The notes below the pieces were generated by a model that worked only from the letters and a program-made list of their open reading frames with translations, was not told the origin of the DNA and ran no database searches. 43,998 nucleotides of DNA from Tubiluchus corallicola (lineage: Eukaryota > Animalia > Priapulida), in the NCBI GenBank assembly GCA_030141605.1, contig JAQGDQ010001373.1:1-43998 (forward strand), read 5' to 3'. Each line of letters opens with the position of its first letter. Position 1 is the first letter of the stretch. Below are positions 23,330 to 35,149 of the stretch, one piece after another. Position numbers and translations under genes: made by a program.

Positions 23330-23990
23330 ACACTCCAATTTACATTTCAAGAACAAGTCAAATCATTTCATCAAACTATTTACAATGGAGAAAAAAGTAA
23401 AAAACTCCAATTTGCATTTCAAGAACAAGTCAAATCATTTCAGCAAACTATTTACAATGGAGAAAAAAGTAAACTCCAATTTACATTTCAAGAACAAGTC
23501 AAATCATTTCATCAAACTATTTACAATGGAGAAAAAAGTAAAAAAACTCCAATTTGCATTTCAAGAACAAGTCAAATCATTTCAGCAAACTATTTACAAT
23601 GGAGAAAAAAGTAAACTCCAATTTACATTTCAAGAACAAGTCAAATCATTTCAGCAAACTATTTACAATGGAGAAAAAAGTAAAAAAACTCCAATTTACA
23701 TTTCAAGAACAAGTCAAATCATTTCATCAAACTATTTACAATGGAGAAAAAAGTAAAAAAACTCCAATTTACATTTCAAGAACAAGTCAAATCATTTCAT
23801 CAAACTATTTACAATGGAGAAAAAAGTAAAAAAACTCCAATTTACATTTCAAGAACAAGTCAAATCATTTCATCAAACTATTTACAATGGAGAAAAAAGT
23901 CAAAAACTCCAATTTACATTTCAAGAACAAGTCAAATGATTTCATCAAACTATTTACAATGGAGAAAAAAGTAAAAAACTCCAATTTGTA
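23330..23990. repeat. 69-73 bp tandem repeat, about 9 copies
   Basis: CTCCAATTT anchor recurs; length varies in the A run. Confidence 0.95.
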
Positions 23991-24639
23991 TCATTTCATC
24001 AAACAATATTCAAAAAACTTCTGCATTTACATATTTACATAATTCTGTAGTTATAGCAGTGGTTATACTAAGAGTTAAGCTGCTATATTATGTACTTATG
24101 AAGGCTCGGTAACTGGACCCATGGAGGACTCCGTATTTTTGTTATGATTACTATTATGTTCATTAAAATATATGTAGAAAAAACGTTCAAAACGTTCCAA
24201 ATATGTTCAACTGAACATTTTTTTGATGTTCAAAAATGCTCATTCTGACATTGCGAACAAGTTCAAGATTCAACTTCTCCTGTTATGAGCAAAAATATTC
24301 ATTTTAATGTCAGCAAAAAGCTAACACAGTTTCTCTTTGGAGGTTATTTCAATGTTGGCACGTTAAAAGCCAGTGCAAGACAGCTTTGTACTGTGAGGAT
24401 GTGCCAAGTCAAAAGCCAGTGCAAGATGACCCAAACTTCTCTCCTTAAGCTTGGAGAATTACGTTTCAATTTGAACGTTAATTGCTATTTGCAATTTAGA
24501 GCTTCAGCATCATCAGCGGATACATTACAGTTTCTCGGATTTTTTAATATAAAAATATAAAAGTGCTTACATATTTCGCATAATATTTAAAGTTGACATT
24601 CAACACAAATTTTCTGCAGTGCATTGTATTCTAAAGTGC

Positions 24640-25400
24640 AATATATGCTGCAATATATTCTATTAATTGTCACATATCCAATAAGCTGCAATATTCTATT
24701 AACTGCAATATATCGTAGCAACTGTAGTATATTCTATTAATGGTAACATACACTATATGCTGCAATATTCTGTTAACTGCAATATATCGTAGCAACTGCA
24801 GTATATTCTATTAATGGTAACACGTCCTATAAGCTGCAATATTCTGTTACAATATTCTATTAACTGCAATATATCGTAGCAACAGCAGTATATATTCTAT
24901 TAATGGTAACATACACTATATGCTGCAATATTCTGTTAACTGCAATGCATCACAGCAGCTGCAGTACATTCTATTAATGGTAACATATCCTATATGCTGC
25001 AATATTCTGTTAACTGCAATATATCGTAGCAACTGCAGTATATTCTATTAATTGTAACATATCCTATAAGCTGCAATATTTCTAGAAACTGCAACCTTCA
25101 ACAAACTACAATATACCATACAAGCTGCACTATATTCTATTAATTGTTAACGTATCCCCTATAAGACGATGTATTTTTAGAAACTGCAATATATCATGCA
25201 AACTGCAATATATTCTATTAATTTTTACATGTCCTTTAAGCTGTAGTATTTCTAAAAACTGCAGTATATTGTATAAGCTACAGTATGTTAAGTTAGTTGC
25301 ACTGTATCGTATACAAGTTGTGCATAAAAACTATTTATTAAGCTACAGTATGTTAAGTAAGTTGCACTGTATCGTATACAAGTTGTGCATAAAAACTAAC
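24640..25400. repeat. Degenerate tandem array built from CTGCAATAT/ATTCTATTAA subunits, ending in a roughly 65 bp duplication
   Basis: Recurrent subunits with an approximate 80 bp super-period. Confidence 0.8.
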
Positions 25401-25854
25401 TATTTATAAGATAGAGTGACCATGATGCTGATGATGCTGGATGTTTGTGAGGCGGCAGTTACCGAGCCGATGAGGAGGAATTTTCTGAAGAGCAGGGGGA
25501 GGGGGATTGAAAACAATAATCATTAATAATAATTTCTATTTCTGGTGCTTTAATTAAGAAGCGTAATTGTTCAAAGTACGCTCAAAACATTTTAAAGATT
25601 TGAAGCACCAATGTTGCTTTAATTATTGTTAATTAAGAAGCGTAATTGTTCAAAGAACGCTTAAAACGTTTTAATGATTCGAAGCGTCAAAAGTGTTCAT
25701 AATAGAATTGATCCCCCTCCCATGCCGATAGTGACCAGGCGGTGGGAAGCTAATTTTTAACAACATGGCGACACATATTTCAGCCATATTTAATTGATTG
25801 TACATTCAAACGTTATCTATACATGGACAGCCATGGTTACGATATTAGGCAACA

Positions 25855-25990
25855 TCTTTAATTTATGCAAGGTGGCAAACTTGATGCCTATAGTCAAAAT
25901 AACAGCTTGACTATATACAAGGTTTAAATTATGCAACGTGGCAAACTTGATGCCTATAGTCAAAATAACAGCTTGACTATATACAAGGTT
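25855..25990. repeat. About 68 bp direct duplication
   Basis: TTATGCAA.GTGGCAAACTTGATGCCTATAGTCAAAATAACAGCTTGACTATATACAAGGTT occurs twice. Confidence 0.9.
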
Positions 25991-26179
25991 GTGTGTCATA
26001 ATAGTAATTATTTTCATAGAAGAAACATTCAGCCATTATTCCTCATATGCTGGAAAAGGATGGACAAATCTTTGTATGACAAAATGATGGAAATTAACAT
26101 TACTGGTTCATGAAAAAAATGTAGTGATAGATTCCATATGAAATGAGATTGTAGTAGAGCGATAAAGATCACATTACAG

Positions 26180-27117
26180 ATTCATCGAGTAACAATATAC
26201 ACAGCCATGTCACAGTATAGTGATGGATGTTATAGCCATGTCACAGTATAGTGATGTATGTTATAGCCATGTCACAGTATAGTGATGGATGTTATAGAAC
26301 AGTGATGGAAACTACCATCATAAACGAGTCACATAAAATGTGATAGTAACGAAAAAAACTGCCATCAAGGCATCAAATGAAGAGACATGATAACGTGATG
26401 CGAGTCACTATTAATGTTTTCATCGAGTAACATGATACATAGCCATGTCACAGTATAGTGATGGATGTTATAGAACAGTGATGGAAACTACCATCATAAA
26501 CGAGTCACATAAAATGATGTGATAGTAACGAAAAAAACTGCCGTCAAGGCATCAAATGAAGAGACATGATAACGTGATGCGAGTCACTATTAATGTTTTC
26601 ATCGAGTAACATGATACATAGCCATGTCACAGTATAGTGATGGATGTTATAGAACAGTGATGGAAACTACCATCATAAACGAGTCACATAAAATGATGTG
26701 ATAGTAACGAAAAAAACTGCCATCAAGGCATCAAATGAAGAGACATGATAACGTGATGCGAGTCACTATTAATGTTTTCATCGAGTAACATGATACATAG
26801 CCATGTCACAGTATAGTGATGGATGTTATAGAACAGTGATGGAAACTACCATCATAAACGAGTCACATAAAATGTGATAGTAACGAAAAAAACTGCCATC
26901 AAGGCATCAAATGAAGAGACATGATAACGTGATGCGAGTCACTATTAATGTTTTCATCGAGTAACATGATACATAGCCATGTCACAGTATAGTGATGGAT
27001 GTTATAGAACAGTGATGGAAAGTACCATCATCAACGAGTCGCATAAAATGATGTGATAGTAACGAAAAAAACTGCCATCAAAGCGACAAATGAAGAGACA
27101 TGATAACGTGATGCGAC
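26180..27117. repeat. 176-179 bp satellite, about 5 copies; first copy has an internal 30 bp triplication
   Basis: CATCGAGTAAC anchor at 26183, 26421, 26600, 26779 and 26955. Confidence 0.93.
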
Positions 27118-27609
27118 AAATGCCTTATAAGAGAGAAACGGAATATTTTAAAAAATTCTCTTGATGAAATTGAACAGAATCACTGATTATTAATCAGTAC
27201 TAAAGCAGTAAACAAGTAAAACTGATAACAGTGGTGGCAACTACTGCTAATATATCACATAAAGTGGCATGACACAGCACCGAAACTAGAATATTTCAAA
27301 AAATATTGAGCCATCAGGGAAATACTCCTGTCATGACATATGGAGAAATGCACGTTATTAAACATTGCACTGTTAAAACTGCTTGATAAAGTTGAACGTA
27401 ACAGTCGGCATTGAAACTGTACCAACAATAACGGTACAGAAAACAGCCGCTATTTAAAGATTACATGATCAAAATGCCCTTGTTGAAACTGAACATAATC
27501 ATTGAAAAATACAGTACGAAAGAAGGTTCCTTAAAGATTGCACATTTAAAACTCGAGCAAAAAACTGAAAGTAATCATCAATGAAACTGTACCAACAATT
27601 ACAGCATCG

Positions 27610-28430
27610 AAAAAACTCCATTAAAGATGAACGATTGTGGACAAAATTGGAAGTTATCGGTATTGAACTCGCACCAACAATTATAGCACATATAAGAACT
27701 CCATTAAAGATTAAACGATTGAAATTGCAGTGAACAAAATTGGAAGTTATCGGCATTGAACTCGTACTAACAATTATAGCACATACAAAAACTCTATTAA
27801 AGATTGAACGATTGAAATTGCAGTGAATAAAATTGGAAGTTATCGGTATTGAACTCGTGCCAACAATTATAGCACATACAAAAACTCCATTAAAGATTAA
27901 ACGATTGAAATTGCAATGAACAAAATTGGAAGTTATCGGCATTGAACTCGTGCCAACAATTATAGCACATACAAAAACTCCATTAAAGATAAAACGATTG
28001 AAATTGCAGTGAACAAAATTGGAAGTTATCGGTATTGAACTCGTGCCAACAATTATAGCACATATAAGAACTCCATTAAAGATAAAACGATTGAAATTGC
28101 AGTGAACAAAATTGGAAGTTATCGGCATTGAACTCGTACTAACAATTATAGCACATACAAAAACTCTATTAAAGATTGAACGATTGAAATTGCAGTGGAT
28201 AAAATTGGAAGTTATCGGCATTGAACTCGTGCCAACAATTATAGCACATACAAAAACTCCATTAAAGATTGAACGATTGAAATTGCAGTGGATAAAATTG
28301 AAAGTTATCGGTATTGAACTCGTACTAACAATTATAGCACATACAAAAACTCCATTAAAGATTGAACGATTGAAATTGCAGTGGATAAAATTGAAAGTTA
28401 TCGGTATTGAACTCATACCAACAATTATAG
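27610..28430. repeat. 117 bp tandem repeat, about 7 copies, with degenerate flanking units
   Basis: AAATTGGAAGTTATCGGYATTGAACTCG recurs every 117 bp. Confidence 0.95.
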
Positions 28431-28699
28431 AAAAAATTACAGAAAAAAGCTTCATTAACGATTGTAGGATCAAAATTGAATTGATTAAATTGAAAATAAT
28501 CAACACTGAAACCTGACAAGAAATTAACTTCAAATGGCTTTGCCAGATTTGTTCTGCTGCTTAAGAGACAGGAGTTTAAGATTAGGGATATTTTTGCATT
28601 CAACTGCAAGGTCACGTTGTTGTGGAGGGACTGCAACTAGACTCTTTATGAAAACTAATCATCTAAGAGTAGACATTGGACCAGGAAGGTGAACTGTGA

Positions 28700-28935
28700 T
28701 TTTGATATGGTCACCCATCCATTTACTATCGGGTCTCTAGCTTCGATTGCTAAACTAGGTCAGCCATGTTTTGGCTAATATGATTTTAGTAACGACGACT
28801 AATCCGTGTGCTATCTAGTCTTTACTGTATAAAATTTCGATTCCTAAACAAAGTCAGCCATATTTTAGCGTATGTGATTTTAGTAGTGGTCACTCATCTA
28901 ACTACTTTCTAGTCTTAGCTCTGGTTAACTTCACT
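28700..28935 (-). mobile_element. Highly degenerate tandem 5S-like fragments
   Basis: GGTCACCCATCCATTTACTA (28709) and GGTCACTCATCTAACTACT (28888) are reverse complements of the 5S box C region TAGTACTTGGATGGGTGACC. Confidence 0.4.
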
Positions 28936-29249
28936 TCAATTGCCAAGATTACTAATTTCGCCCTAAAGCTAGTTCAACAAAAAGCAAACACCAGGCGGCA
29001 CAACCAGTTAGCAAAACACTTGCTAGTCACAGCCTAAAAAGCTTATAAATGAAATGCTTTACAAAAATAAAGATGGATTTTGCAAATATTAGACTAAAGT
29101 ATTATTAAATAATTTGTGAAAGGCCTGCAATTAACAAGGTTAGGCTGGGGGGTGAATCAGGTTTTGAATTATTCGTAAGGTAATGGACAAAATATGGGAA
29201 GTTACTTTTGAACAGGGATCTAAATGATCTGCATAAAAATTTGAAATCA

Positions 29250-29532
29250 CTGTACAGTTCTTTCAACTGCATAGCTTTCTGTAGTTCTTTAAACCGCAGA
29301 ACTTTTTGTACAGTTCTTTAAACTGCACAATTTTCTGTACAGTTCTTTAAACCGCATAACTTTTTGTACAGTTCTTTAAACTGCATAATTTTCTGTACAG
29401 TTCTTTAAACCGCATAACTTTTTGTACAGTTCTTTTAAGCTGCATAACTTTCTGTACAGTTCTTTAAGCTGCATAGCTTTCTGTAGTTCTTTAAACCGCA
29501 TAACTTTTTGTACAGTTCTTTAAACTGCATAA
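29250..29532. repeat. About 29 bp minisatellite, about 10 copies
   Basis: Unit YTGTACAGTTCTTTAAACYGCATAAYTTT. Confidence 0.92.
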
Positions 29533-30149
29533 TAATATATGCTTCCCTCAAGTACTTACAGTAGTATGTTAGTAGAAAGAAACTGTCAGTCAGTTAATGC
29601 CTAGGACTTGTCCGTCTTTACTGAAAGTTTGTTCTGTACAGTAGCGACATACACTGTACATGTACATACTTCTATACACGCGCGCTATGCATAGAAGTAT
29701 AAATCTGCATGTACAGAATGTATACCACTAAGGTTCTGTACCATATTAGTTCGTAAATAGAATCAGAGGTTAATAGCTCAATGTCAGAACTCGGTGTACT
29801 TTTGGGAAGCATTTTAAGTTAACAAAATCGTGACTTGTGGTAACAAATTTCTGGTTAGAACTTTTTCAGTACAGCGTGGAGTTTAGCAAATTCTACGAAA
29901 TATTTCTTTTAAAGATAACGGGAACATTTAAAAGGAAATGAAGGAACTTCAGGCTCTCGTCAAGGAAAGGAAAGATGGGCCGGGAGGAGACTGCAGGTTG
30001 TCCATCCCACTCCAACCTTGTTTCCTCCTTATTTTACGAACTATTAACATTGATTCAACCAGTAAAAAAAATGTATTTATATACAATGGAAGTTTCACGA
30101 AAAATGTAGACTTTCCCTTTAACATATACTTTGTTGGGATAACTGTTTT

Positions 30150-30625
30150 CCCTTTCACACAGGGGATGGGCAGACATGGCTTTCTAAGGCATGACTGAAT
30201 TTCATTTCACAGAGGGGATGGGAGGACATGGCTCTCTTCTAAAATCATGACTGACTTTCATTACACAGAGGGGATGGGAGGACATGGCTTCCTTCTAAAA
30301 GCATGACTGACTTTCATTACACAGAGGGGATGGGAGGACATGGCTCTCTTCTAAAATCATGACTGACTTTCATTACACAGAGGGGATGGGAGGACATGGC
30401 TCTCTTCTAAAATCATGACTGACTATCATTACACAGAGGGGATGGGAGGACATGGCTTCCTTCTAAAATCATGACTGAATTTCATTACACAGAGGGGATG
30501 GGAGGACATGGCTCTCTTCTAAAAGCATGACTGAATTTCATTACACAGAGGGCATGGGAGGACATGGCTTCCTTCTAAAAGCATGACTGACTTTCATTAC
30601 AAAGAGGGCATGGGAGGATATGGGT
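30150..30625. repeat. 56 bp tandem repeat, about 8.5 copies
   Basis: GGGGATGGGAGGACATGGCT anchor every 56 bp. Confidence 0.95.
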
Positions 30626-30799
30626 TTGTTTCTAAAGTATGAACAACTTTCATTTCACTTATCTAGAACGTGGCTATCTCTCGTTTCCTGGGAGACGGCA
30701 AAACTAAAAAACCCTCAAATGATTTTCAAGGAAGTAGCTGTCTCTCATTCCACAGTAAGAGTTCTAGAGCACGACTGTCTTTTAGTTTTTGTTAAAGTA

Positions 30800-30870
30800 C
30801 TACCTCTTCCGGAAGTGGTTGTGGAGGTTAGACATAATTAAAATAATAGGGAATTTACTATTATAAGTAA
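30800..30870 (+). promoter_or_regulatory. Candidate promoter/first exon of the zinc-finger gene
   Basis: ETS-type CCGGAAGT at 30809-30816, about 600 bp upstream of the ATG exon. Weak donor near 30867. Confidence 0.3.
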
Positions 30871-31430
30871 AAAAAACTTGTAACAAACCTTAGTTTATTG
30901 ATAAGCGAAAGATAACTGTATATTTGTACAAGGGTTTGACAAAATTAGGCCTGCCTAAAACTAGAAACAGTGAATGGATAAAGATGGATTCCCCTTTTGT
31001 TCATCAAGCCTTCATATTCGTTATTACTTATTTTGACCCTGTATATTAACATTAGAGCTGCTATAAAATTATAAGAAAGTTAACGTTTATTGCATGTAAT
31101 TAAAAGTTGTTATTTTTTCAAATACACGTGTATTAGCTGCGAAATTTAATTTGGTAAGTTTGACTATTTTCTTGTTGAATTTTTAAATTTTAAATGACCC
31201 TACTGTGTCCGTGTGTCTATTCGTCCACTGTCCACAATAGGTTTTTCTCTTGTATTTCTGTAACAAATGATCGGATCGTCATGAAACTCGTGCGATTCGA
31301 ACTCTAGATCCTGTGCAGTTAGAATCTTGACATTGCTAAAATGGTTTTAGCTGACCGAGCCGTAAATAACACTTCATTTTTTTGCTTATTTCAGATTGAA
31401 GAGTCACGATTTTTTTCTGGATTATTGGAT

Positions 31431-31441
31431 ATGCCTAAGCG
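31431..31441 (+). CDS. CCHHC-like zinc-finger gene, start exon (exon 31395-31441, codes MPKR)
   Basis: TTATTTCAG acceptor and ATG CCT AAG CG|GTAAGT phase-2 donor, matching the phase of the next exon. Confidence 0.7.
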
Positions 31442-31962
31442 GTAAGTAAAGAAATTTTGCTTTTTAGCCAGAAAACCTTTCCATTTACTTTTTTATCTTC
31501 TGCATATGTACCGTTGTCCAAACATACAGAAATATTTTTCTGCTGTTAATAGTCTCGTGTGGTGTAAGATTATTCTTTATTTATATGACTTTTTACAGGA
31601 TCATCTTACAATTTATTTTTGAAACATTTTAAGTTAACAAGCCAGCCCCACGTCTGTTGTGTTTGCAATCATTAAAATTTCTACATTCTCAATAACCTGA
31701 AGACTTTGCTGCCAGTAAACAGAACATCGTTTTTCTTGCAACAAAACTTTAAACAATATAAAATAGTTATTACAGTGATAAAAGAGTCAAATCAAATTTA
31801 CTACATACCCTAGTTTACACAACAACTTAATAACTTATTTATTTTATCATAGACTTTATATATATGTATTCTCTTATAATATTACTGTCTTGTATTAACC
31901 GCTGTTGTTTACTTTTACTGTTAAACTAGTAAAATGAAATGACGTTTTTCTTCTTTTTTCAG

Positions 31963-32137
31963 ATGTCATTGGTTCACCCAGTGCGGGGGGGCGGGGCAAC
32001 ATCAACCCCCGGTACGCCACGCACAGGTCTACGTCTGCCTGTGCGTGGAGGTACCAGGAGCAGCGACGACGCGAGCTCCAGGCAGGGGTGGTGGCTCGGC
32101 CACCCCTGGAAGAACGCCAGAGCAAGCCAAAGCCAGT
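31963..32137 (+). CDS. CCHHC-like zinc finger 1 exon, with a +1 G frameshift at 31985-31991
   Basis: Strong TTTTTTCAG and GTAAGT boundaries. With 6 G instead of 7 it reads CHWFTQCGGRGNINPRYATHRSTSACAWRYQEQRRRELQAGVVARPPLEERQSKPKP. Exon length is 175 = 3n+1. Confidence 0.78.
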
Positions 32138-32479
32138 GTAAGTAGACACGATTATAATTACAAATTAGCTTTTTCAGTAGTAGAACCGTTCATTTTGCCC
32201 CCTCGTGGCTATAGTTTTCGTTTTTGTTTACTTTACACAAAACTTTACCGTTTAGTCTTTGTGAAGCAAAGCTAGCTTGTTAACAGCTAGCTTATTACAA
32301 TCATTTCATGGAGTTTTCATATCGTCTTAATCGACACGAACTGGAACGTTGTCTCTGGACATTTCATTCCATCCGAGATATTACTGATTTTTCGATAGTT
32401 AATTATTGTACCAAAAGGAAAAATGATTATAGCAAATGACATCAAGAATCATTTAAAGTTACATCACTATTTTTTGTAT

Positions 32480-32710
32480 CGTAGTATAATGATAATGATA
32501 AGAATGATGATGACGATGGTGATAATGATGCTGATGATGATAATGATGGTGATGATGACAATGGTGATAATGATGGTGATGATGATAATGATGGTGATGA
32601 TGATGATGATGGTGGTGATGGTGATGATGTTGGTGATGGTAATGGTAATCATTTAGAGAGAGAGATGGGGGAGAGAGAGAGAGAGAGAGAGAGATGGGAG
32701 AGAGAGAGGC
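32480..32710. repeat. (ATG/GTG)n imperfect trinucleotide repeat followed by (GA)n
   Basis: Visible low-complexity sequence, intronic. Confidence 0.95.
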
Positions 32711-33266
32711 ATGGAAGGAAGAAGGAAAAGCGAATGTCATAGTCATCAGGAAACATGATGACCTAGTGGTTATGAAATTGTTTTTGTAATTCAAATGTCT
32801 CTGTTTCAAAACCAGACTGAGTTCCAGCTATTTACTTTCTTGTCTTCTGGAGTTTAATGTGTATCAACATTCATAATAATTGTGGTTTTCTACCGTCATA
32901 GCAAGTCTTTTACTATGTTGGTTGCAGTAGTTCATTTAGCTGCTGTAAGAGACGGTTTGCTAAATTCTGCTGTTTCTTAATTGAGCACAAGATTTACTCG
33001 AGTAGTTGTGAACCGTAACTGAACAACTGACCTACCAACTTAGCAATTTTTGTCCAAGAAGTCATGGGTAACTTGAATATGATTTAATCTATTTTTGGTT
33101 AAAACGTTTTAGACATGAATAATCTATGGCTATATAAATAATAATATTTATAATTGTCCTTAATAATGTTTAGGACACTAATAGTACAATGATAACAGCT
33201 TATTTTCAAAGTAGTCTTGATAGAACCCGCTTGGCAGAACGAGCGGTAATTAAAACTTTACTCTTA

Positions 33267-33335
33267 CGTGTCAGGAATTGAACCCGCGACCTCCAGGATG
33301 GGAAACGAACACATTACAATTGAGCTAACCCCCGA
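33267..33335 (-). mobile_element. tRNA-derived head (SINE-like), not a functional tRNA
   Basis: Minus strand GGTTAGCTCAATTGTAA (A box) and GGTCGCGGGTTCAATTCCTG (B box/T arm). The anticodon stem does not pair. A hairpin CCGCTCG...CAAGCGG follows. Confidence 0.7.
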
Positions 33336-33827
33336 AACTTTTACTCTTGAATAACGCATAGCAACAAAATATTTGCTGTTTCTTTTCAGTTCGATGTGCA
33401 AATTTGTGCTTTCTACACTAGAAAATTGACATTTGATTTAGTTTTCTTTCCATTTGGAGATGTCCAATATGTCAGCTTGTGTGTCAATGTTTATAATAAA
33501 CCTACCAGAGTTGAACTTGTGCGTTAAGAGTGATCAGTTCTTCAAACACATGCTTAACAAATTGCCAGCAAATAGGAGTCATTTAGTTCCAACAATTTCT
33601 CATGTAGTTTTATTAACTTCTAACATGCAGATTTTTCAGAGATTTTTTTTGGAGTGGAAAAATTGGGATACGCAATCCCGATTTTATACCAGCAAATAGG
33701 TTTATCCATAAAGTTATTAAACCGGAAGTGCATCTTCCCATCATATAAGTTTTGTAGTCTTTTTTGCTGTTTGACAAAATGACAGCACGTTTTGTAGAAA
33801 AATGAAAATTATTTTTGTCTCTTTTAG

Positions 33828-33959
33828 GCGAAGGTGCCGAAATTACGAACACTGCGGAGGTCAGGGCAATGCCATTGAGGGTCGGGGCAGGCATTACGTA
33901 ATGGCAAACTGTCCGCTGGAGCAGGAGGCGGTGCCTGTCCCGGCCTTGCGTGTGACCTG
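33828..33959 (+). CDS. CCHHC-like zinc finger 2 exon
   Basis: CTCTTTTAG| (V)RRCRNYEHCGGQGNAIEGRGRHYVMANCPLEQEAVPVPALRVT |GTAAGC. 132 nt, phase 2-2, GC-rich against an AT-rich intron. Confidence 0.8.
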
Positions 33960-34452
33960 GTAAGCGGATTTTTTTATAATTTAAACCTGACAAAAAGGAA
34001 ATCTTAATTTTACTGACACAGTTAGAACTGACTTTCAACCCTTAAATTTCAACTTTTTATTATTATGTATAAAAGCACAAAGCTGGTTAAACTTTGTCTC
34101 TAAACGCGTTAGAGGCCTAATACAGGCCTAATATGCAAAAACATGCTGTTAGACATCTCTAAGAAATGACAAAATTTAGCGGAAGAAACTTTTGTTTACT
34201 AATAATGACTGGCATTATAAACTAGCAAAGGCATTGCAACTTGTCAGTTTAACCGCTCCCAATGTTCAGTAATGCACAAACGTCTTTTGCTTTTTATGCA
34301 GAAACAGTGAATGGACGTATTAACGTATTAACTGATACTTTACATAGGTTTTATATGACTTTATAACATGCCAAATGTCAGCATAATAATCGGCCCACGT
34401 GACGACGCAAATAGCCACCAAAGCAGTTTTTATTTTGCTATGAGTTTTACAG

Positions 34453-34489
34453 CATCTCCCCGACAACACCCCACCCCCAATTTTATTGA
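34453..34489 (+). CDS. Possible terminal exon of the zinc-finger gene
   Basis: TTTTACAG acceptor; phase 2 gives (C)ISPTTPHPQFY*. The same frame stays open about 60 more codons after the TGA. Confidence 0.3.
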
Positions 34490-35149
34490 AAAAATGAAGG
34501 AGGCCATATTAACGACTTTTTAGAGGCTTACAAAGATTTATTTTTCCGAGCTTATCCAACCGGTGATGGTCAACCTCTACCCGTCTGTCGGCAAAGGCCT
34601 GCAAACTTCGGACCGCATTCATATGCAAGACGTCATATTAAAAGAATTGCTGCTAATGGGACAGAATAGTCCCAAATTGTTACTCTGTTTTGTTACTTTA
34701 TTATGACACACGCACGATTTTATAGGGGAAATGGATTGACTATTTTAACGACTTTAGAGGCATTGAAGCCTCCTGACTGCTTTTACATGTTTGTTATACA
34801 ACTATTTTTAAAGCTTATCCAACGGATAATGGTAGCCACACTTCAGTGCTGCCTAATCTCGTTTGTAAACTTTCCGTGACTGAAAATGAAGAGAGAACTT
34901 ATGAGACACGAACCTGTTTTTTATTTGGGACAGCAAACTATTAAAACACAGTGAGATTACAGTCTAGGTAAGAAAAACCTCAATCGATAGTTCTGCAAAG
35001 AAGCCATGAAAAGTTAATGATAATTATGCAGCTCATTAATGTAACATTACCTTACCTAAATAACACAACTGATGCAACAATTATCTACTCAAGTTAATGT
35101 TACAAGAAAGATTGCAGGTGTTGATCATTAAAATGCCATTGACCCATAA

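Noticed and set aside
27499-28533. 344-aa minus-strand ORF with 39-aa repeats
   Set aside because: It results from a 117 bp unit (multiple of 3) lacking stops in one frame. No ATG start, domain or splice context.
32423-32809. Poly-His, poly-Met and poly-Ile ORFs
   Set aside because: Translations of an intronic (ATG)n microsatellite.
33267-33335. Functional tRNA gene
   Set aside because: A and B boxes are present but the anticodon stem does not pair.
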